From Octopus vulgaris (lineage: Eukaryota), in contig OX597818.1 in NCBI GenBank assembly GCA_951406725.2, forward strand, positions 90,458,001-90,522,000: DNA of 64,000 nucleotides, in the 5' to 3' direction. This document shows positions 40,234 through 52,989 of the stretch, piece by piece. Every line of letters starts with the position of its first letter. The stretch's first letter is position 1. The translations under genes and the position numbers were made by a program. The notes beneath the pieces were generated by a model that saw nothing but the letters and a program-made list of their open reading frames with translations, ran no database searches and was not told the origin of the DNA.

Positions 40234-40709
40234 GTGCCTTTGTATGTATGCATGCGTGTATGTATGTATGTATGTATGTATGTATGTATGTATGTATGTA
40301 TGTATGTATGCATGCATGTATGTATGTATGCATGTTACTGTTAAACGTTAACGTTCAACTAACGTGAAATAACTACACTCATCGGTATATGTGAAACAAC
40401 GGAAAAGGTGTCTAGTTTCTTTTGATTGGTTCTTGTTTTTGATAAGATGATAGGAAATGAAAGACACTGAAATTAAACCGCATTATGTACACTCATCAGA
40501 TGAAGGTGGAAAGCTACAGGATGCCAACTTTATACTGAAATTTTGCAGAATTCAGAATATCATTTCTACGCGTAAAATAACTACTGCAAAATTGCATTGT
40601 GGCTTACGCCAATTTCATTGTCGCAGATGTATATACTGTTAGAAAATTTCTTACTTCCAGCTGGTGGTGGTTGTGCTTGTCTTCTGGAATGTAACCAGTT
40701 TTCAGAAAA

Positions 40710-40745
<36 letters not shown>

Positions 40746-40802
40746 TGCTCTTTTCCGTGATGCTAAGATAAACAGAAAAAGTACTTCATCTAGTGAGAGA
40801 TA

Positions 40803-40965
40803 AATATTTTTTGATAAACGGTCTCCAGAGCCGCATCAAACGATGGGAGAAATGCGTAACTCTGGGTGGTTCCTATGTAGAAAAAGACTAATAACTGTGC
40901 CAAGTTTCGTTGCTCTACTGCTATGGGAAGTGGGTCAGGGGCATTACTTATTGAACGCCCCTCGT
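40803..40965 (+). mobile_element. 3' terminal fragment of the same mariner family as 44018-45307
   Basis: Reverse complement of about 44018-44175, including the TIR ...TTATTGAACGCCCCTCG|TA. Confidence 0.9.
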
Positions 40966-41336
40966 ATATGCTAAACTGCTTATGGGTATGAAATATTTGA
41001 TCATATTTCACTGTAGAATCCTCGTTTAAAACATCTGACGGGTAAAAATAGCAAAATCATTGATTTCCAACACGAATTAGGGATACATATATGAACTATA
41101 TAATTCATAGAAAACAAAATTTGAGTCAATAAACTATTGAACTAGTTAAAAGCAACAATACCGAATCCATATGTGCACACTTACATGTAACACATGTTTG
41201 TGCCCTATTATACGGTGTGTGTGTGTATGATAGAGTATGTGCATTCTGTATATTGTTTAATGTATTGTTAATTCATATTCTCTCGGATGGATTTTTCCGC
41301 TTCAAATTTTTAATACACACACACACACACACACAT

Positions 41337-41421
<85 letters not shown>

Positions 41422-41484
41422 TCACACACGAATCTTTCTCCCCTCTCTCTATGTATACCTATATCTACGTCTATCTATCTCTCT

Positions 41485-41555
<71 letters not shown>

Positions 41556-41559
<4 letters not shown>

Positions 41560-41925
41560 AATAAAATAGAACATATGCATATATATAAACATATATGTAC
41601 GTACCTACCTCTACATGTACATATACACGCATATATGTGTACAGGACACCAAAAAGACGTCGAACACATAGAGAGACGAAAAACATAGACACAAACCAAG
41701 GAACAGGACAAGCAAAAAAGAAAAAAGAGATACAGGACAATAAGCACAACGAAAAATCCCCTTCTTCAGTCGCTAAGGTTTCATCTACTCTACGTTTCGA
41801 AGGATAAAAGCGAGACGTATACTTCGAAGAAACTTCCTTCCTGCGAAAAGCAAATCAATTAAAATTCTGAGATCTTTTCGCAGAGGGGTAAAAAATGGTA
41901 AAAAAAGCAAGACGGTAACGACAAT
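41556..41925 (-). mobile_element. HHR family B element
   Basis: Similar to 10280-10600, embedded in (TA)n, and flanked by a direct repeat of about 90 bp. Confidence 0.75.
41756..41819 (-). ncRNA. Non-nested hammerhead-like motif (family B), best preserved
   Basis: Minus strand: UACG-UC-UCGCU uuu AUCCUUC-GAAA-CGUA gaguagaugaaaccuu AGCGA-CUGAAGA-AGGGGAU. GUC site, stems I and III perfect, stem II 6 bp. Confidence 0.78.
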
Positions 41926-42007
41926 ATATATATACACACACACGTCACACACGAATCTTTCTCCCCTCTCTCTATGTATACCTATATCTACGTCTATCTC
42001 TCTCTCT

Positions 42008-42078
<71 letters not shown>

Positions 42079-43295
42079 TCCATTTCATGCCCTTAATCAG
42101 GTCTGTAATTTTCTCCAAAAACTTCTTAGAGCATAGTTCCCTTCAATGTATAGGTATGTTTTTCTTAGAATAATCGATGTAATAGGCGTCCATATTGGAT
42201 TCTTCCGAGGGGTAGAGTCCGGCGATTTTCCAAAATAAGCTGTATTAGCCCTTAGGGAAGAATAGCGGTGTACGGGAGGTAACTTATTGATAAAAATGGT
42301 AAGACAACAAAAGAAAGATATAGTATTTTTCCGATGGCCGGATAACTGAAGAGATGGCGGCGTGGATTTCCACCTCGGCATCCGAAACTCGGAGTTTTAT
42401 CATGGCTACCGAATAATTGTCACATATTACATTTACAGATATATATATATTATATGTATGTATATGAATTAGAAATGGAAACCAAAACAATACATAATTA
42501 AATAATTTAATCATTAAAAGATAACTTCAATTCAATTTTATTACTTTATATAAACAAATGATACATGTCATAAATTACAGTTGTTTCGACTCCATTAATA
42601 TAAACAAATTTTTCAAGAATAATAAAATATCGTTTAAATATAATGAGATTTCATCAGAGCGAGGGACCAACAAAACTCCTTGTAGCACTAAAGATGACTG
42701 ACGGCAAGGATTATGGCAGCATTCACCAACTTAAATAAGGAGACCGTCCAGAAGAATTGCAGCAGATTCCGAAATCGTCTGAAGGCCGTGGTTGAAGCCA
42801 ATGTCGATTTTATTGAATAAATTTATTCTTTAATATTTCAAGATATTTTCATGTAATTTTGGTAAATATATATGTTAAAATGAGATGCGCAACGTAAACT
42901 ACACACTAGGTGGGGATCGAAACACAACTATTTTGAAGGAACCTTAATTCCACGCTATGCGCAGATTTTCAAATAGTATTTCAGATAAAATATATGAAAA
43001 TTAGGGTTATGTGACAGCCCCGTGCCCCTCGCATACACTTCCACAATTAAATACCCTAATTTTCTATATTAGTCATATCTCTAACACATATATACTAAAT
43101 TGCTTATGGATATGATGCATTTAATCATATTTCACTGTAGAAACCATGTTTAAAACATCTGATGAGTAAAGATAGCAAAAACATTGAGATATAAGACAAT
43201 TGGTAGGTAGGTACCTCTCCAACATGGCAAAATTACAACTTTTCAGTGTCTGTTAAATGATTTTCTTTTTAGAAAATGTATACATTTGTTGAATG

Positions 43296-43530
43296 TGGAG
43301 GCGCGTGGCTTAATGGTTAGGGTGTCAGAATCATGATCGTAAGATTGTGGTTTCGATTCCTGGACCGGGCGACACATTGTGTTCTGCGACAAAACACTTC
43401 ATGTCATGTTGCTCCAGTCCACTCAGCTGGCAAAAATGAATAACGCTGTGATGTTACAGCTGGGGATCTCATACGCCATAGAAACCGGGAAACCGGGCCC
43501 ATGAGCCTGGTTAGGCTTTAAAAGGGCGCA
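43296..43530 (+). mobile_element. SINE S2 variant inside the hAT element
   Basis: GGAGGCGCGTGGCTTAATGGTTAGG head and GAAACCGGGAAACCGGGCCC tail. Confidence 0.85.
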
Positions 43531-44017
43531 AAAAAAACATTTGTTGAATATCACAAAAATATCTACATAAATTTAAACAGTAATAATTTAAGTATATAAA
43601 ATCATGTAATGGCAACTAGAAGTAAAAACTGTAATTCAGCATTTAGGTTCCCTATAGAATTTCCTACAGCAATGACCCCATCAACGTCTGTTGTATTCCG
43701 ATACTATTTATACATAAGAAAACGTGAAGAGCAGATATCAAAAACTTCACCTACAGTGAAAGAATGCAACCGGATTGTTGCTGCAGAATTGCAAACAATA
43801 TGGGACAAATTTTCCTTTCTTTATATTGGGTTCGAAGGAATAGATCTAAAAATTGAGTGGTTGAATTAATCTACTTAAAAATTAAGCGAAATACCTATCA
43901 AGCAAAGAGGAGATAGTATTGATAAAAACTTTAGATGAGTTCAATGAAATGTTTGATATATGAACCTGTACATGTTATGAAAAACAAATAAAAAGATCTG
44001 ATTCTAGGTGTGACATA

Positions 44018-45307
44018 CGAGGGGTGTTCAATAAGTAATGCCCCTGACCCACTTCCCATAGCAGTAGAACAACGAAACTTGGCACAGTTATTAGTCTTTT
44101 TCTACATAGGAACCACCCAGAGTTACGCATTTCTCCCATTGTTTGATGCAGCTCTGGAGACCGTTTTTGTAGAAGACCTTAGCTTGGTCCTCCAACCTGA
44201 ACGTGACTTCAGAAATAAAGGCTGCATCATCTGGGAAACGCTTTCCTTTCAAAAACAACTTCCTGACTGGGAAGAGGTGAAAATCAGAGGGTGCAAGGTC
44301 AGGAAAGTAGGGGGATGGGGCACGAGTTCATAGCCATACGCCTGTGCTTCTGATCTGGCGACAAGCGAGTTGTGGACCGGGGCGTTGTCCTGCAGGAGGA
44401 GGATGCCTTTGCTGATCTTGCCCCGCCTCTTGATTTTGATAACTTCTCTTAATTTCCTCAAAAGTGAAGCATAATAAGCTCCTGTAATTGTGGTACCCTT
44501 TGCCAGGAAATCTGTCATCACTACTCCGTCCTGGTCCCAGAAGACTGTGAGCATGACCTTGCCAGCGGAGGGCTGCACCCTTGCCTTCTTTGGAGGGGGT
44601 GAGTCACGGTGCTTCCACTGCATTGACTGGGCTTTGGTCTCTGGATCATCGTGATGGACCCAGGTTTCATACTGTGTAATCAGTCTTTTGAAAAAGTTTG
44701 ACTCATCTTCTTGGCACATCTCCAAATTCACCTTCGAGCACTCGACGCGTTCTTGCTTCTGGAAAGGTGTGAGCAACCTGGGAATCCATCTGGCAGACAC
44801 CTTTTGCATATGCAAATGGTCATGAATGATAGTTTCCACAGACCCGGTACTAATCTTGACCTCATGGGCTATTTGGCGAATAATTATGCGTCGATCCTCC
44901 AAAATGGCAGCCTCAACTTGACGGACAGATGCCTCATCAATGGCAGAAGAGGCGACCAGATCTGGGAGCTGTTTCCACAGAGTTCCGACCATGTTTGAAT
45001 TCACGATGCCAGCGTTTTACAAGGTCATATGATGGGGCATCATCACCATAAGTTACTTTCATTTCATCAAAAGTCTCCCGTGGTGTGCGTCCTTTCAAAT
45101 ACAAAAACTGGATCACTGCTCGACACTCAACAGGCTCCATTTCACACTTGACTCGGTTCAAACACCTGTAAATCAGAAGCCACAATTAATTCAGAGCTGT
45201 AATTTGCCACTTACTCTATAGAGATATAAATGATTGCACATGCAAAATTTCAGCTAGATCAAACAACTGCAAGTGGGTCAGAGGCATTACTTATTGAACG
45301 TCCCTCG
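44018..45307 (-). mobile_element. Full-length mariner element (about 1290 bp)
   Basis: TIR CGAGGG..GTTCAATAAGTAATGCC.CTGACCCACTT at both ends, with a TA target duplication. Confidence 0.95.
44091..45140 (-). pseudogene. Mariner transposase pseudogene
   Basis: MEPVECRAVIQFL HTH, WIPRLL (WVPHEL-like), (D>Y)ETWVHH, QDNAPVH, frameshifted PPYSPDL-like motif. Frameshifts near 44950 and 44315; first catalytic Asp lost. Confidence 0.93.
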
Positions 45308-46624
45308 TAAGAATACCAATAATGGAATGGGATTTATTTATTGGAGAGAAAAATAGACAGAATCAGCTAGGACCTGTAGATAGAGAAATAACTTCAGGTA
45401 GAAAAAGAAATGCAATAAGAGCCCAATGATTTGAAAACAGGAAGCCAAAGATTCATTTAGACATGGACGTTGCTTCAGTGCCCAAGTGATATTAATGAAG
45501 ATAGTTGTCACTCATGTAACCATGATGATGATGACATCCACTTTGTTCCTGATAATGAACTGAGAGAAAACCAACATAGCAGATTTACTTATGAGAATTT
45601 AGCCATCACAGCAGATATATGTCGGATAAGTTGCAGAGCTGCTGCTACCATTGTTAATGCAGCTTTTAGAGGTATAAGAATTTTAGATGATACAAATATG
45701 CTAGATAAGAAAGAAGTTGGAAGAGAAAGAAAAGAAATTGGAAGAAACAATATCATAAATATGAAAACAGAAATTACAAAACTAGACTGTTCGGTTTTGA
45801 TGGCAGAAAGGATGAAACTAAAACAGCAAGAAGGGTGGAAAGTGAAGAACGCTATTTTATTTTGAAAGAGCCTGGTGATGAGTATTTAGATCATGTTTCC
45901 CTAGATAATGGAACAGCTTGTTGCATTGCAGAAGAAATTATTACTTTTTTAAATTGATTATGACAGTCAAGAAAGTTTAAAGGCTGTATTATGTGATGGA
46001 ACTCCAGTAAACACTGGTCATTTAGGAGGGATAATGAAAACAATTTAATTATACTTAAATAAACCACTCCAGTGGTTGATATGCCTGCTACATACAAATA
46101 AGCTTCCGTTTCGACACGTATTTGAATCCATAGATGGAAAAGCAACAGGACCACGAATATCAAAAGGCTTAATTAGCAATAAAATTAAAGAAGATGTAAC
46201 AAACTTAAAGATAATCAAATTTTCACCAGTAAAAACTTAAGTGAAGGAATTGCCATTAGAAGTTGTTTATACCTTAAGCTCAGGTCAAAAATACATGTAT
46301 GACGTACCTCAGTATTGAGGCAGTTAGTAGCAAGATAACCTGGTAAAATCCACCATGCAATTGGTTAACACGTGCAAAGAGAATTTTTCGCTTAGATGTT
46401 TCAGAAAAAATCCAACCCCACCAAATATTATGGATCTTGTAAAAACCATAACGCAAGTTGATGCTCCAAGCTGATTCTGGATTAAATCTCACCCAAAGTT
46501 ACATGAAGAAGCAAATAATTGCACTTCTAATGCAAGATAGGAACCAAGATCATAAAGAAATCGTTAAAAGCTAATTCATATTTTTCCTATCCGAAGAATA
46601 TTTTACTGACTATGCTGAATGACG

Positions 46625-46872
46625 TGGAGGCGAGTGGCTTAGTGGTTAGGGTATCAGCATCATGATCGTAAGATTGTGGTTTCGATTCCTGGACCGAGCG
46701 ATGCGTTGTGTTCTTTATCAAAACACGTCATTTCACGTTGCTCCAGTCCACTCAGCTGGCAAAAATTAGTAACGCTGCGATGGACTGGCGTCCCGTCCAG
46801 CTGGGGGAAGACATACGCCGTTGAAACCGGGAAACCGGGCCCGTGAGGCTAGCTACGCTTTAAAAGGGCGCA
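46625..46872 (+). mobile_element. SINE S2 variant inside the hAT element
   Basis: Close match to 43296-43530. Confidence 0.85.
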
Positions 46873-47181
46873 TTTATTTTATGCTGAATGATGAAAGAAG
46901 AAAAATTAGGGAAGTAGCAATTCAGTGAATTATTAAAGCAAGAACATTTACCCGAATGCTCCGGATTATGTAGATTTGGTTAACTGGGAAAATGATGTTA
47001 TAATATCTGCTCCAGTTTTATGGAACTTTACAAATGTTGATCATCTTAAAGCTCGTTCAGGAACATTAACATCAATACCTCTTCCCTGTCATAGCCAAGG
47101 AGTCGAGCATGCTATCAATTTAGTAACAAAAGCTTGTGAAGTCAGAATAGGCTACGAAAATAAGCACAAATTTATATTAAA

Positions 47182-47503
47182 CTAGCAGAATTACCCGGCG
47201 TTGCCCGTGTTACATGCAATTGAAGAATTAGACTTTTCTGTTATATTTTCTGTAATGAACTGGAATACCTGTTTCGAATTTCATCAAAATTGCAGATGAG
47301 GGTTATTTCCCTCTTTACACACCCTAAAAGAATTGTAATCGCGCCACATGTATCCCATACTACTAATTTTTATGCGCATATTCCAAAATATAGAAGCTGT
47401 TGGGGATCGGCGTCTTAATGTCAACCAGAGAAGTTGAATTGTCGAGAATCTTTTTAACAGACAGACAGACAGACACACACATGCTCAGTTTTATATATAT
47501 AGA
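47182..47503 (-). mobile_element. Non-autonomous Helitron-like element
   Basis: Minus strand starts TCTATATATATAAAA and ends with the hairpin CGGGCAACGCCGG..CTAG, inserted between A and T. Confidence 0.75.
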
Positions 47504-48605
47504 TAGATGTGCAGAAATCAAAACAAAGTTTGCGCCACTCTGACTGGAAAAAAACAGTGGTCATTTAAATAAATAGTAAATACTATTAATGTTTATTTTA
47601 TGGTGTTCACTGTTCATGTATTTCGTTTGAGGTTTGTGTAAAATTTTTGTTTTTGCATATCATAATAATCATTAAAAATTTACAATTTTTTTACGTTACA
47701 TGTGCTTTTTTTTACTATATGAACACCAAACAATATGTAGAATCAGAATATAAAATTTCGACCCCACCTACTACACACATAAGCGTACGTGCGTGTCTCT
47801 CTGAGTGGTTTAGCTGAAACGTTGCTATGCAAGCAGGAACAAACAACATTTTGAAAATACTGTCACTCGAGCAGCGGCATGTAAAAAAAACACATAGAAT
47901 AAAAATTGTATTATCACATCAAAAGGCACACAAAGAAATGATTTATACATCATATATACTCAACAGGCAGATCAGTTGACCTAAATAAGTGCAGACACTT
48001 CAACTACCACTATCGACTACCTGTCGACTTCAGTACTGAAAAGGACAGAAAAGCCACTTCAGCTTAACCTAAATGTATGAGCACTAACCATCTCCACTAC
48101 TAACAGCACCACGACATATTGCAATCACGTCTAATATAGAACGCATAAAGAAGCACACGGTGCGAGAGCTGTGTCACTATTTCCATGTTGCCATACATTT
48201 CTGCATATATGAACCTACAAGCAAACCCCCCCCCCCGTCCAATGGAAGGTGCTGAATCATATCTGCTGAATAAAAAGCAATCAGTGTTTTCTTTTCATTA
48301 AAAAATAATTAAGCATGCCTTTATTTCAATACAATTTTTGGTTTTGTTAAACGAAGTTAAGGCAGAAAAAAACTTCTTGAGAAATCAAATAGTCTTTCCT
48401 TCCTTCATGCCAAGTTTGAAGAAAATATCTCCTTTGCATCTTACTTTTTTGGTCTCTTAAATACACTGCATTTTGTGGCATTATTTCAAGCCAGCTGGCT
48501 TTTTTATACGCAAACTGCAAGTGCCTTTTTCTCGCGTACGCGTAGTATCGATCGCAACAGCTGATGAACTTGCGCTTACAAATACACGTTCCCATGGCTA
48601 TATCG

Positions 48606-48765
48606 ATCGCATTCTCACCTGGAATCGATTTTTGTAATTTTCTCAAGACTCATACACGCCCTGATACCGTCGGTATCTACATATCAAATTTGAGCGCAAT
48701 CGGATGGAGGATGCCCGAGATCCGAGAAGACACACACACAGACAGAACGGATTTTATATAATAGA
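48606..48765 (-). mobile_element. Non-autonomous Helitron-like terminal fragment
   Basis: Matches 31030-31190; minus strand begins TCTATTATATAAAA. Confidence 0.55.
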
Positions 48766-48847
48766 TAAGGGAAATTGTGTCAGTAGTTCTCATTAATGTT
48801 CTACCTTGAAACTCACTAATTCAAATTTTACTCGGATGAATCCTCAT

Positions 48848-49180
48848 AGCCACTTGATGTTTGGTAAGAAGTTTACTTCTCAACCACATATGTTCCAGGT
48901 TTAGTCCCGTTGCATGGTACCTTGGGTAAATGTTTTCTACTATAGCCGCAGGTCGACCAAGGCCTTGTGAGAGGACTTAATTCAGAGAAACTGAAAGAAG
49001 CCCCGTCGTACATATATGTGTGTGTCATTGTGTCCGTGTTTGTCCCCCTCCCCAACACCACTTGATAACCGGTGTTGGTGTGTTTACGTGTCCGTAACTT
49101 CACGGTTCGACAAAAAAGACCGATAGAATAAATACCAGGTTTTAAAAAAATAAGTACCGGGGTAGATTCATTTGATTAAA
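48848..49180 (+). mobile_element. SINE S1, diverged
   Basis: GGTACCTTGGGTAAATG..CTACTATAGC..GAAACTGAAAGAAGCCC. Confidence 0.8.
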
Positions 49181-50746
49181 GATTAAAGAGTTGTAGGTAC
49201 GTGTTACTTTGTTATGCAAACACAATATACCTACAAATCTTTAATGTATACATAGCAGCCCGAGGAATGCGTTTTAATATGTAAATTGGTAGATTCAATA
49301 ACTTAACGCTGGTGACTATATAAGCAATGTGAACAGAGGCAACTGTGAGGTAGATGAATACTGAAGAAGGGGCAACACCTTGTTCACATCTGTCTCCATA
49401 CAAAACGTAGTGAAAATCAGTGCATATATATAGAAATAACCTTAACAAAATTCGATTAAAGATCCTTAAATGTGGTACCCCATCATGGCCACAGTCTGAT
49501 GACGGAAACAAGTAAAAGATAAATAAAGGTTATTAGGAATTGTGTAAAAAAAATTAACAATTTTTGCGTATTTTAAAAGTATAACCAATTCACTGCACAA
49601 ATTTTAACAACAAAATCTTCTACGGACCTCCAAGGGCCATTTCTATGCCCGGTGGCCATATGGACTCTATTTGAGAACGTGATCACTCTACCAGCAGGAA
49701 TTAGCACACAAAACTCACTTAAAGAATAATGTCTCATTAACTTACACATTGTCCAGATGGACGCGGGATAGCATTATTGTAAAAAGAGAGAACAGTCATG
49801 CATGATATACCTTTGATCATATTTCTGTTCATTCGATCTATCATAGATTTAAACGACAACTACAACTCAACAATAACAACAATTGAATGTTATCCAATAT
49901 TACTTGGTTCTTTTTCCAACTTCCACACATATAACATGACCAGCTCGAAAATAAATTTCAGTGGCCATGACAAAACTGCAGTCTACTATTTCCCTAATTA
50001 AAGGCGTACAGTATACTTTAAGTCATATCCAAGAGAGGACTCCGTATCCAGCTTTAAGATGCGAGCTAGTGATATGCTTAACAAATATATGGTATTCTTA
50101 CTTTTTTTGCAAGGCAACGTCGTCTATTTTTTTCTTTTCTTGTCCTCGCTGGAGCTTCAAGATATCGTTCAATTCGAAGAGGACGGTGAGGACGACGACG
50201 ACGACAACGGCATCGCCAACAACAAAAGCAACAGTTACGATGATCTTACCTGTTTTTAACTTGTTAATTGATCTCTGGAAACGAAAGAGATGTAAAGCAA
50301 CGAATAAAAGTTTTAAAAACCTGTGGTAATTGTCTGATTGGTTAGATTTCTGGAGAATCAATCTATGTTTAATTAATGATAGAATAGTTGGGGTAATGAG
50401 GCACATGTGTTGGCGTCATAGTTTCGATATGATTTTCTCTGACAATTCTGAAGAACATTAACACCGTGAAAGGAACGCTTATCTGAGGAATACTCAAGTG
50501 GTTCAGCATTCTACAGATACACTGCATCAATACGTCAAGTGACTCTTTGACATAACAATTCCAATAATCATCGTCGAAACCGATGTAGACTCATTTGCTA
50601 TGATATTCTTTTGCAAATGAAATTTTCCGAATAAAATTGATCAATAACGTAAAATATTTTCTTTATCCAATTTACTCTATATATGTGTGTAAGGGAGTAT
50701 GTGTATGTGTATGTATGTGTGTGTATGCGTGTGTGTGGGTGAGTGT

Positions 50747-50790
<44 letters not shown>

Positions 50791-52060
50791 AAGTTTGCTC
50801 TTAAATCAAATTATATAAACAATTTTATATTAACTGAAGGATTGCTCCACGGATTCTTGCGTTACTTCGACATAGTTTTCTGTATGGGAGTGTCTGAATG
50901 ATTCTGTAGAATCTAAGGATCACTCCCACTCGTCAGTCCCACGAAGCTTCCTGCTGCTACATTACGTCGGAAATATCTCCCAATATACCTATTTGCAGTA
51001 CTTGTTTATTGCTGAAAACACTATAAAATCATCATCTTTACAATCAGAAGGATCAACGGAACAGATACTTGACACCGATTCATAGTTTGCTCCATACGGA
51101 GCATCGAGCATCGGTGAATTTCTCCACCATGAATTACTCATCGAGCATCGTTGAATTGTGCTTTCTGTTTCTCTCCAGGTGGATCTCCATTTCCTTTTGA
51201 ATTGTCCTGTACTTTATATCTTTCTTTGAAGTCTTTCTTCTTCCAGGTCGTGTTGATTTTGAAAAATCAACGATGTTACTGTAATTTTGCCTTTTCTTCT
51301 TCTGGGTAGAAAATTAGCGTCAAATATCGGATGGGATTGGGCAGTATAACATGTGTCAGATATCGGACGGGGGAGCAGTATAATTTGTGCCATATGTCAG
51401 CTGGGGGTGAAATATAATTAAGGGTGCAGAATATTTAGAGTCCGGTATCAGACTGGGATACAGTGTCAGTGGTATTAGCATCAACCATTTAGATAATTCG
51501 AAACCTGGAATGTTATTTAATATGTCTGTGAGGCAACCATGAATGGGCAGTAATAGGGTGAACTGCTACCAACAGAGACATGCTGACTTGGATGCGAGAA
51601 AGAGAGCAAGGTAGTTTGGAACGTCTGTATCTCCATTTCAAAAATACGTGTAAACGGTGATACAATTGTTGTGGAGATTTAGAGCTTCTAAAGGATTTGG
51701 ATACGAAACCAACTGAATCAGCGTTGGCGGAGCGTTAGACCCACAAGGACTTTCAACCGTTGGAACATTCACCAACAATAGCCTTGGGGACAGGTAAAGG
51801 TGGATGTAGTTGTATTGAGGAGGCGGTACATGCAATAGTATTGTATGTTGACGCATTCTATGTTGTAATGATACAATTTAGTTTATAGTAATTATAAACA
51901 TTATATATGATCGAAATAACCGAATGCATAATGTTTTGAGCTACCCGCACATGGAGAAAACATTCAAAGTTGCTGCTTTTGTCTAAATATACTTTACTTT
52001 AGGTCCTTCATTATCTCGAGGAAGTTAACTGTCGTACACTTGGAGCAGACATTTTAGATA

Positions 52061-52200
<140 letters not shown>

Positions 52201-52204
52201 ATTT

Positions 52205-52499
52205 GTTCCTTCTCGAGCTACACTTGGCTCATTAGGGCCGGATTCCCGCTTTCCTTGGCGTATAGATTCCCCTCCTGGACGGGACGCCGGTCCGTCGCAG
52301 GTGTGTTGGAAGATGCAGGAAGAGAGAGTGAAAGAAAGTTGTGGCGAAAGAGTCAGCAGAAGTTCGCCATTACCTTCTGCCGGGGCCGCGTGCAGCTTAG
52401 GTGTTTCGCTGATAAGCACACACATCGCCCGGTCTGAGATTCGAACCTGCTATCCCTCGACAGCGAGTCGATTGCTCTAACCACTAGGACATGCGCCTC

Positions 52500-52502
<3 letters not shown>
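52205..52502 (-). mobile_element. SINE S2 head with an alternative body
   Basis: Minus strand begins GGAGGCGCATGTCCTAGTGGTTAG..GGTTCGAATCTC; body related to 60020-60313. Confidence 0.8.
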
Positions 52503-52554
<52 letters not shown>

Positions 52555-52572
52555 CATACATACATACATACA

Positions 52573-52607
<35 letters not shown>

Positions 52608-52608
<1 letters not shown>

Positions 52609-52800
52609 GCACGCCGGGCGAAATGCGTAGCCGTATTTCGTCTGTCGTTAAGTTCCGAGTTCAAATTCCGCCGAGGTCGACTTTGCCTTTCATCCTTTCG
52701 GGGTTGATACATTAAGTACCAGTTACGCACTGGGGTCGATATAATCGACTTAATCCGTTTGTCCCGTCTGTGTTTGGCCCCTTGTGGGTAGTAAAGAAAT
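52608..52800 (+). mobile_element. SINE S3
   Basis: GAGTTCAAATTCCGCCGAGGTCGACTTTGCCTTTCATCCTTTCGGGG. Confidence 0.88.
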
Positions 52801-52989
52801 ATATATATATATATATATACAGAGAGAGAGGGAGAGAGAGAATACGAGGAGTTTAGTTCACTGATGGTCTAAACGAATAGGTACGCTGTGTAAGTGCTAT
52901 AATTAGTCCTTTAGGCTCCAAGTTGTCAGCTGAGGCAGGAGCTAGGGATCTATTGTAGGCTTCCGAGTCAGCAGGTATTTATATTCGAC

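Larger units (their letters stand above)
42907..47770 (+). mobile_element. hAT (hATm-like) DNA transposon, decayed, with nested insertions
   Basis: TIRs TAGGTGGGGATCGAAA / TTTCGACCCCACCTA and perfect 8-bp TSD CTACACAC (42899-42906 and 47771-47778). Transposase motifs CDGTPVNTG, KPLQWLICLLH.N.LPFRH, PCHSQGVE. Confidence 0.9.

Noticed and set aside
50059-50259. 66-aa acidic ORF on the plus strand
   Set aside because: It is driven by a short (GAC)n tract, with no recognisable domain.
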